In this document: positions 55,215 through 64,000 of the stretch, piece by piece
How the letters are laid out: every line of letters starts with the position of its first letter
Numbering within the stretch: position 1 is the first letter of the stretch
Assembly: GCA_037447605.1 (NCBI GenBank)
Contig: CM074819.1
Coordinates: 1,510,297 to 1,574,296 of the forward strand
Length of the DNA stretch: 64,000 nt
Direction: 5' to 3'
Origin: Zygnema circumcarinatum SAG 698-1b
Taxonomy: Eukaryota; Plantae; Zygnematophyceae
Translations under genes and position numbers: made by a program
The notes under the pieces: model-generated
What the model was told of the DNA's origin: nothing
Database searches by the model: none
Seen by the model: only the letters and a program-made list of their open reading frames with translations

Positions 55215-55432
55215 CATGCCATGCCTGCCATGCCTGCCATGCCATACCATGCCACCACCATGTCATGTCATGCCATGCCACGCCACCACCATGTCATGCC
55301 ACCATGCCATGCCACGCCACAACCATGTTATGCCATCATGCCATGCCACGCTACCACCATGTCATGCCATCATGCCATGCCACGCCACCACCATGCCATG
55401 CCATGCCATGTCATGCCCTGGCCATGGCCATG
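55215..55432. repeat. CATGC/CACCAT tandem repeat
   Basis: Repeated ccatgc/ccacca units, similar to 10965-11065. Confidence 0.85.
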
Positions 55433-55495
55433 GCCGGCTGCCTTAAAGCTTGAGCTGGAGCTCCCCCTCCCCATGCTGCGCCAGCGTCCACATTA

Positions 55496-55695
55496 GGGGG
55501 AGTCAGACCTTGACCTTCGCCAAATCAATTTCGTAAGCCTGTCGGGCGAATTAAGCATTGGCTAGGTACGCATTTCGGTACGGCTGGGCTCTGCGGAGCC
55601 GCGGGTCCCGACCCGGAATTCGTACACGAAAGAAGTCACTTTTAGTATAAGGAATTCGAGAATTTCGTAAGCGATGGTCAAGGTCTGACTCCCCC
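55496..55695. mobile_element. 200-bp MITE with 25-bp TIRs and TA flanks
   Basis: Left end GGGGGAGTCAGACCTTGACCTTCGC; right end GCGATGGTCAAGGTCTGACTCCCCC (1 mismatch); TA at 55494-55495 and 55696-55697. Confidence 0.8.
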
Positions 55696-56172
55696 TATTC
55701 AGACTGCGCCCTTCAAACAGAGCTTTCTAAGTAACTAGCCCGCGGCATGCACTTCATATAGTATCCCTCGCCCTACACTTTATCAAGATGAGAGGAACTG
55801 GAGTGCACTTTATCAGGCGGTCTACACGTGTCGCTTTTTGGCGGATCAAACACTCGATTAAGTAACGCATCGTACGGAAATATTCTGTAAAGTCACGGAG
55901 TGACATCCCGTACATTTAGTGTACGGATTGACATGTACGGCCCATAGACTATACGGACAGTCCTTTCACTCGCCAGTCGCTGGACGGGAAAGTGTTTGAA
56001 CTTCGGCCAATGATCGTGTGCCACGTGGAAAATTTTGTACACATCCAGCGGGGAACGTGGAACTTTGTTACACGTGGCGTGTCGTTATTGGTCACCATCA
56101 TTCCAGGCCTGCAGGGAAGCAAGGTCTGCAGGGCCCTTTACCGTTGCAGCCTTCAGGAAAGGCGAGGCTTGC

Positions 56173-56217
<45 letters not shown>

Positions 56218-56300
56218 CGGTAGGCGATTCAGAGGGGGATTTGGGGCGGAATTTATCGTTATAATAAGCAAAAAGAAGCAATATTTTGTTGTCAGTAGAG

Positions 56301-58818
56301 ATGAATACCTTTAGGGTTGCAGGAAGGGAGTGCAAAAGCGGGCTGGTTGGAGCGGAGAGGGCGGGGAGAGGGCGGGGCGGGAGGGCGCTCATACACTCGG
56401 GGGCAGCATCAGCTGTCGCCGCGCTCTGCTGCATCCTGTTGCTGCTGCACCTTTCAGGGGCTGCGGCCGATGTGTATGTCGCCAACATGACGGGGCTGGA
56501 TGTGGTGAGGCTGCAAATGCCGCAGCGTTGCAAAACTTCCGGCTTTTTATGCTACTAAGGTTATTGAGCGTCAAAAGGGGGACGGAATGAGAGAGGGAGA
56601 GGGAGAGGGAGGGGGGGAGAGGGAGAGAGAGAGAAATAAAGAGCATTTTTTTGGTATGTTAGGAGTAATGTATGGTGTCCTGCAAGGTGATTGCGTGGCT
56701 GGCCGTGTTTGAATCGGTGTTATGTGAAGATACTTAAATTTCTTTCATTCATGTATTCTCTTACTCTCTCTCCCGCTCGTAGATCTTTCTCTCCCTTGCC
56801 CACCCTCTTCTCATTTCCCTTTTTTTTCCAAGTTAAATAGTTCACTGTGGTTCTGTCAGAAAACTGAGTAAGCAAGTTGATGCTCACAATGCCTCTCTGA
56901 TTAGCCTTGCGAACTTCATATTTCTGCGCATCAGTAACGGCACTATCCTTTTGAATTTGTCTTCTGCAATGTCACAAACCTCAACAGTAAACCTCACTGC
57001 TTCTCAAATGTACTCTGATATTTTGAGAGCAGATTTACTGTGAAAGTAAAATGTTTCCTAATGTAGCCTGAAATGTGGTTTTCCGGATTACAATTTACAA
57101 ACTTTATTCGGTTTCTGTCTCGGCCAGTCTAACTTATATACACATATACATGTGTTCGGTATGTCGTTGTCTACTAAGTGTACTTGTGTGGTCGTATCTT
57201 GCAAGCACTAGTTAATACCATGTTAATTTTTTAAGCAAATATTGACTCAAATTGTGCTGGACATGTGGCAGGTAGGCTATCCGGCACCTGTCCCTGAAAC
57301 ATATGAAGGGACCGCCGTTCTACGGATTCAAGATACAGGGAGAATAGACTACGTATTCACTCGTAAGTTCAGTACTGTAGGAGTCCTTTTTCTTGAACTT
57401 TTTTATCTGCTGGAGGTCACAAAAACTCCTCTATGTCAGTTCTATCCTAAGGCTACATTGCTGTTCTCGCCGTAGTGGGCATGCTGCTTAGTACCACAAC
57501 TTTGATGATGATTGAGGGCAAATTTATATCATGTTTTTTTGCAGAAACCGACCTCGATGAGATTCAGGAGGTGTGGCTGAAGGAGCCGGTCCCCGGCGAT
57601 CCGATCAACGGCCAGACAATTTTCAACTTCAATTTGACAAGAGTCCAATTGGCAGCTTTCACTGAAAACGGTTCCCTTAGTGGATTCATTGACGTTGATC
57701 CTTATTTGGCCATTGGTGTGACCCAAAGGCCATATCAGTTCTACATAAGTGTGAAGACCAGCAAATACTCTCAGGGTGACTCTCTCGTCCACCCCCCCAA
57801 TCTCTCCCTTCCCTTTCTCCTCTCTCTCTCTCTCCCCCTACTCTCTCGCCACTCCTCTTCTCTCCCCCGCCCTCTCTTTCTCTCCCCCCTTCTCCCACTC
57901 TTTTCCTCCTCCCCTCTCTGTGCCTCTCTCTCTCTCGCTCTCCTTAACTTTCGCTGTCTTTTCCATTTCGTATAGCTTCATCCCAGAGCGTGGCGCATCC
58001 TTTCTACCCCATTTTCCATAGCTGCGAGTGTTGAGGGGGTGACAGGAAGCGAAGAAAATTAGGTCAGATAAGTCAGGCTGATTAGTCGAGAATTTATCGT
58101 TGAGGTCTCTTTTTTATGCTTGTCGTTCAGGGGCAATCAAAGGGTTTCTCCGGGATACTACGCCCTCCCCTACAACTGGTTTGGAGCCAAGTAAGCTTTT
58201 CATTGACCAATAGGTATTACTATCAATATTTTTTGTTTTGTTAGTTTTTTTTTTTTGCATTTAGCATAGGTCAGTTGGACCTGAAAGCTGGGTAATGCGA
58301 TTTTGCAGATTGGCTGATAGACACGAACATGACAGCGGAGGAGGTTGTTCCGAAGGCGGGCCCCGAGAACGGTTATACGACCGGACTTTTCTCAGTGTTC
58401 ATTCAGTCCAATGGCTCACTCTATGTTGAATTCGACTTCATGGATCTCAACTTCACCGGTAAGTCGATCTCTATCTGAAATCATTTTGCAAGATGGGTCT
58501 TTTCTTGGAAAAACCTTAAACATGCATCTCTGCAAAAGAAAGAACAAAAAAAAGCCTTTTTTGGAATGGATTTGCTCGGAGTGAAAAGATTGAGAAAGCT
58601 ATGCGCTATCCTTGTAGGCTTAGAAATTCCATGTTAATTGTTCGGTCTATCAGAACAAGCTCAAGGTAATATTCTTGGTATTGAAGTTGTACCTGGGAGG
58701 GGGAGGCAGTGAGAGGGAGGAAGTGGGTGAGGGGGGGAGAAAGGGAGGGACGGGAAGGGAGACAGAGAGAGGGAAGGAGAGGAAGGAGGGAGTAGGAGGC
58801 GTGGGGGAAAGGGAGTTG

Positions 58819-58849
<31 letters not shown>

Positions 58850-60377
58850 GGGGACTGCTGGAATGATTTTGCTTTATGCAAGGAAAAACCAACCGCCTAA
58901 GGAAGGAGATGTACTAAAAAAGAGTAAACCCGCTTATCCTACAGACTTTCCACATACATTCTAGATTTTCAGTTGGGGAGTGAGTGGGTAGGAATGCAGG
59001 ACGGAGAGTTTAAGAAATAATAATGGGGGAGGATGGGGGGAGAGAGACTTGAGGAGGGAGGAGAGGGAGCGAAGGAGGGAATGAGGGAAGGGTGAGTTTG
59101 GGAGGCAGGGATGGAGTGGGAGGGGAGAGAGGGTATGAACGATGACTGGAGTTGGGCAAGTTGCCTTTATTTTACCTTCAGCTGATTGGGAGTTAAGCTT
59201 CTGGGCTATCCCATTGCCACCTTGCCTAAAGTTTCAAACTCATTCTCCTTCCCACAACTTTGACATCCGCAGTTTAAGACAATCCATTGTTCGGAAAATC
59301 AAAGTATGAGATTGACAACAACGTCTGCATAATGATGCTTACTGCACTTAATGACGAGATTGATAAGGAAACAGAGTCTCTCCCTCTCTCTCTCCCTCAC
59401 GCACACTCACACACACACCCTCTCTCACTCTCCCCACTCTCTCTCACTCCCCCCTCACTTTCGCCCACCCCTCTCTCTCCAACTCTTTCCCTTTTCAGGG
59501 CTTACCTCGGTCGGATTGTACACCGGCAAGAAGGGAGCGAAGGGAACGCTTGTATATGACATGACGCCGCACGTGAACCTCCCTGCCTTTGCCAGCAACG
59601 AGTTCACTGCGGGGGCGTTTGTGACCACCAAGGAGGTTCTCTTTCCTATCCTCTCGAATTTCAATCAGTCATATTGTCAAATAGCTTCTTCCGGCTATCC
59701 TTCAGGTACATACTAAAGACCACCTATCTCTCCCTTTTCTCTTTCTTTCTCAATCTCCCTCGCGCGCTCTCTCTTTTTCTTTCTCCTTCCTCCCCATCCC
59801 CCTCCCCCTTCCTCTCGCTCCCCCTCCCCCCTCCCTGCCCCGCCCTCTCATTCTCTCTCTCTCTCACTCTCTCTCTCGCTCTCTCTCCCCCACCCTTGCC
59901 CCCCCTCCCCCCTTTACGCACTTGCTTTAACTTTATACTATCATGGTCCTCCATTATATGTTACAATCCCCTATTTTGTTACTGGTTTGCCGACCGGCTT
60001 CGCCACATGTGCGAAGGAGTCCTGTTATAGGTCAATCCCCACAAGAGTAGCCAAAATAACTTTCTAAACCAGCATGCTAAGCCCACGATTTTCAGACACT
60101 TCCTCTAGTTTCCAGTATTCATGAAACAATACCCAGCATCTGCCTCTGAGAAGTACTCCTTCCAATGTCGCCTGCAGGCGCGAGCAGGGGTCAGCTCCAT
60201 CTGGTGAAGGTCAACCTGCAGTCGCCTCCCTCAGATGCTCCTGTGGGCTACCTACAAGATTCGCCTCCCCCAAGTGGAGCCTGTAGGAGGAGGGAGTGGG
60301 AGGAATGGCGCCTCACACTTTCTGTCCTTTCCTCCTGCCTCCTTTGCCTTCTGGGGGCTCCATGGCTTTTGGGATAG
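56301..60377 (+). CDS. Secreted, probably GPI-anchored glycoprotein with two CHRD-like domains, 7 exons, 380 aa
   Basis: Exons 56301-56504, 57272-57362, 57545-57775, 58131-58190, 58309-58458, 59499-59705 and 60178-60377 (1143 nt, phases join). Features: signal-like AVAALCCILLLLHLSGAAA; domain ends FYISVKTSKYSQGAIKGFL and YCQIASSGYPSGASRGQL resembling CHRD 'YvnvHT..fP.GEIRGQL'; MTAEEVVP; a hydrophobic C-terminus; and 7 N-glycosylation sequons. Confidence 0.75.
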
Positions 60378-61553
60378 GCAGAGGGGAGGGTATGTTCTAA
60401 GGGAGGGACTCTCTCATTAGGAGGACTACTAATGTACATTCTTTTTGGCCGATTCTGTTTTCAGGGGCTTTATGTTGTTAAGGTTTTTATTTTTATCAGG
60501 GCTTTTGGAGGGTTAGGGGTTTGGTTGAAGGTGTTCAATCGGATTGAAGTTGAATCTGTCACATTGGAATTAGTGTTCCTGTAGCGGAGGCAAAGGTATA
60601 GGTCCGTACTGCAGAGAGGGGCAGAGCACGATTGGTTGTTAATTCAGGAGTGGTCTGACTTTCAGAGCAATAATAAAGTATTGGGTGTTGCATAGATGTA
60701 CTGTACAGCGTTTCTCTCTCTATCACCGTCTCCCACCCCCCTTTCCCTCTCTCTCTCTCCCTCGCCCTCACCCTCGCCTTCGCCTTCGCCCTCCCCCACC
60801 CACCCCCCTCCCCCCCCCCACTCTCTCTCTCTCTGTGCACACATCGAAAGATCGTCTCTTAAGTATACTTCCTCTCTCAATCTCTCTTTACAATTCTCAC
60901 TTAGTCACGAGGCAGTAAAGGCCGGCACGAAGGAGATGAAGAGAAGAAAGAGCACAAGAGAGACGACAGCAACACAGCGACAGACGACAGCAAGAGAGCG
61001 AACGGGAGAAGGATGTGAAGAGAGAGAGTCAGGGAGAAAGAGAGGGGGGGCGAAAAGAGAGGGCGAGAGAGAGAAAACTGAGTGACAGACAGCGAAAGAG
61101 AGAAAGGAGCCGGAGAGCGAAAGTGAGAGAGAGAGCGAGAGAGAGAACGAGAGAGGAGAGAGAACTGGAAGCCTAGTTACAGCTCAAATACTTCGTGGTG
61201 CTTCTGCTTATCTGAGGCATACATTCACACATTTTCATTTTGAGGTATCTAGGTATCCACATGGAAAATGTTCTCTTCCACATTCGTGCAGACCGAAGGA
61301 AAATCCCAATCACTGGCCATTTATTCTTCAAAAAGATAAAAAAATGAAAAATATTCACAAAAAATGTGCCTCCGCTGTATTGTACTCACAGATGCCTCTT
61401 TGGCACCATCCCTACTCCTCTCCCCCCCTTCCCCCCCCCTCCCCCAAACTTCACTCCCTCTCCACTAAATTATAAAAAACCCTTTTTTTAACCACACAAT
61501 TAGCCACCTCGACCTCCTCTCTCTCACCTTCCTCTCAAAACCACCTCCATCGC

Positions 61554-62564
61554 CTAAGCGCCTCCCTCATCAATAGCCTTCTTAAAAAACGACCTGAGCA
61601 CCTCAACATATTCTGCCGTTCTCGGCTGCATATGGATCACATGCCCCGCGCCTTCCCAGTTCCGTAACTCCCCACGGCTCCATGTCGCCACCGTCTTTTC
61701 AGCCACCTCTTCCTTGCAATGCCCTCCCGGATTCCCACTCATAAGCAAAGCAGGAACTTGAATCTCATTCACAGCCTCATTGATCACGTCATCGGTCTCC
61801 TTAAAGGTGGGCTCAACCACATCCACAGCCATAAGTCTGAACGACTTTGTCATTGTATAGGCAAATGGGGGCAGGTTCTGGGCCTCTCCTGCATACGCAT
61901 TCTCAAACTCCTCCTCCGACATACGCTGCCAATGACGGGCCACCAGGAAAGGGTTACCCCTCCCTCTCCCTCTCCCACCTCTCCCTCCACCTCTCCCTCC
62001 CCCTGACTCTCCTCCTCTCCCTCCCCACCCTTTCTGTCCTTCCTGCTCTCTCTCGCCGACCGAATCCTCCTTCCCCTCTCCCTTTACTTCCTCTTTTCCC
62101 CGACTCCATGGATGATCCTCTCTCTGCACAACAGGCTCCCCTTCAAGCCTCAGCCATGGCGGCTCCTCCAACACGAGCGCTCTCACGAGATGCGGGTAAA
62201 GCTTCGCAACCCTCGCCGCAGTAGAGGCCCCCATAGAGTGGCCCGCCAGTAGAACTGCCTCCCCATTCCCGAAATGTTTTATGGCTGCCACAGCATCTGC
62301 GACAAGATTCTCCATAGAAAAGGAGCCTTCAGGAAGGGGCTGCGAGCCGCCATGGCCACGAGCATCAGGAAGAAAGACCTGGAAGTCCCCAGTGAGGAAG
62401 GCAAGCACTGGGAGCACCACAGGGCCGGCCGCGAAGAGGCCATGGAGGAAGACGAGCTTGGGGAGGGAGACGGAGGGAGGCGGGACGGAGGAGAGGTAGC
62501 GGATGTTGATGCTGTTGGCGTGCAAGAAGCCCTCCGTCCACGCTGCGGCCGCGGGGGCAGCCAT
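61554..62564 (-). CDS. Alpha/beta-fold hydrolase, intronless, 336 aa
   Basis: Single ORF from ATG 62564 containing LVFLHG, DARGHGGS, nucleophile GHSMG, LVLEEPPW and AGHVIH. The upstream 92 codons of the track ORF look non-coding. Confidence 0.9.
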   Translation of the reverse strand: MAAPAAAAWTEGFLHANSINIRYLSSVPPPSVSLPKLVFLHGLFAAGPVVLPVLAFLTGDFQVFLPDARGHGGSQPLPEGSFSMENLVADAVAAIKHFGNGEAVLLAGHSMGASTAARVAKLYPHLVRALVLEEPPWLRLEGEPVVQREDHPWSRGKEEVKGEGKEDSVGEREQEGQKGWGGRGGESGGGRGGGRGGRGRGRGNPFLVARHWQRMSEEEFENAYAGEAQNLPPFAYTMTKSFRLMAVDVVEPTFKETDDVINEAVNEIQVPALLMSGNPGGHCKEEVAEKTVATWSRGELRNWEGAGHVIHMQPRTAEYVEVLRSFFKKAIDEGGA

Positions 62565-62709
62565 GGATCCGGGAGAGCGAGAGAGGGGGAGGGGGAGAGA
62601 GCTGGAGCGGTAAAGAGAGAGAGAAAGCCCTCGATGGTGCGGCCCTTCTCCGTTGCAAACCACGGTCAAACATCGTCCAATGGAAACGCGCCATGTGTAA
62701 GCAATTGTA

Positions 62710-63051
62710 CACGTGGCAAATGAACATTCGTGACACCTGAACTTGGATCCGCAAGCGAGACTTGTTACGCTCGCATTGCCAATTACGTGGACGAATAGTT
62801 TGGTGCCACATGGCAATTCTAGCGAGAAGATCGTCTCCACGTTCTGCCACGTGGCACAACGTCGGCCGGCTAATTATGTTTGGACATTTTAACTTTGTCA
62901 CGTGGCATTCATTTGTCGCCACATGTGCCCTAAGTCGGCAGCGCATGTTTTGTTGAACGCAACAAGTATAGAACATGCGGGGAGGGAAACATTGCGGGGC
63001 GAGGGTGTGGGTGTGGGCGTGGGCATGCATGCGCGCATGCATGCATGCATG
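62710..63051. promoter_or_regulatory. ABRE/G-box cluster plus RY repeats upstream of the hydrolase
   Basis: CACGTGGC at 62710-62717, ACGTGG at 62785-62790, palindrome GCCACGTGGC at 62846-62855, CACGTGGC at 62899-62906, CATGCA at 63024 and (CATG)4 at 63036-63051. Confidence 0.5.
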
Positions 63052-63060
63052 TTCACGCAG

Positions 63061-63155
63061 TTGAACATTGTACTGAACATTGTTCTGAACATTGTACTGA
63101 ACATTGAATTGAACATTGTACTGAACATTGAATTGAACATTGCACTGAACATTGT
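63061..63155. repeat. 12-bp tandem repeat TGAACATTG(TAC/AAT), 8 units
   Basis: Direct reading. Confidence 0.9.
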
Positions 63156-64000
63156 GCCAAGTTGTGCTCGAGTCGCTATGGAAGGCTGCTCGACATTCAC
63201 ACAAGGAGAAAGGGCCGCCCATAAGAGTCACTGAGGTACAGTAGGGCATGTCAGATCTAGAAACCACCCGTAGTACTGGAACAAATAACTGTCGTGATTC
63301 CAATATCGAAACAAGTACATGTGAGAGCCCGATCCGCGTGCTCAAGTATACTTGTTTTAAACAACTCTCAGTACTGTGCTATTTCACATAAAACTGTCGT
63401 TCAATTGTCTGAAATGTGTCCAACTGTACTACCACATCGAAACCAGGATCAGTACACTGTACGAACGAAGCCAGGACCATGGATTTCGGAATCAGTATAC
63501 TGAAGTTCTTTCAGACCCAGTCTCAGTAGACGGTAACAGGAAAAGGTCCCGTGATTCGCCACGCTTCAGAATTCGGCAGTTACGTGACAGTCCCGTGAAT
63601 TACATATACGTATCAGAATCAGGACCTTGCTGTGAATCCAAAAAACAGTACCCCGCCGCCTGACCTCTCGTCCAGCGGTCCTCTGTCCATCCGTACGATG
63701 TCGCCTCCTGCGAAAGTGCACGGCTCGAACCGCAACCGTGCGAGATTTCGTACAGTTTACGTTACCGGAAACGGTTATCGTACGACCGGACGCGTAAGAT
63801 TGCAACGGGAGTCGACGGATCGTACATATACACCGGCCATTCGCATTAAAGAAGCCGTACGCTTCTGTCGCGAGAGTTGCCAGAAAGTGTACGAATTTCG
63901 TACAGTTTCCGTCCTGTCCGCTGATGGCCTCTTTGGTTCCCTTCCTGCCACTTGTCTCAGCTTTTGGTGTCAGCTGGAGTGGAGAGAGCGAGCGAGAGAG

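Noticed and set aside
60559-61358. Short R/E-rich ORFs between the CHRD-like gene and the hydrolase
   Set aside because: Low-complexity purine sequence in convergent 3' regions with no recognisable motif.
12815-62564. A lipid or oxylipin biosynthetic gene cluster (FATA x2, FMO, hydrolase)
   Set aside because: The genes are separated by unrelated housekeeping genes (SCC2, RNI-like, Toc) over 50 kb, with no shared pathway logic or co-expression evidence.

Overview
Eukaryotic nuclear DNA from a streptophyte. Gene content is plant-type (FATA, Toc159-family GTPase, FMO1-like, SCC2 with a PHD finger). The intron-rich genes and the extreme load of GA/CT simple repeats suggest a charophyte alga or seed-free plant (inference only). 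Ten protein-coding loci were reconstructed by hand from GT-AG junctions with consistent reading phase: XRCC1 (-), a Deg/HtrA protease lacking its middle exons (-), two tandem FATA acyl-ACP thioesterases (+), a complete 28-exon SCC2/NIPBL (+), a truncated RNI/LRR gene (+), a divergent Toc159/Toc90-family GTPase (+), an FMO1-like monooxygenase with a 210-aa N-terminal extension (+), a secreted tandem-CHRD-like protein (+) and an intronless bacterial-looking alpha/beta hydrolase (-). Mobile and repeat content includes a non-autonomous MULE with a 9-bp TSD, a 200-bp MITE, a dispersed CCATTGG/CCAATGG element family that has expanded into different satellites, telomere-like arrays and kilobase purine/pyrimidine tracts. 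There are five N gaps (7408-7417, 23170-23179, 33909-33918, 43585-43684, 44785-44794). No rRNA, tRNA or CRISPR array was seen. Most long ORFs in the supplied track are low-complexity artefacts. All homology calls are from recalled family motifs, not database searches.
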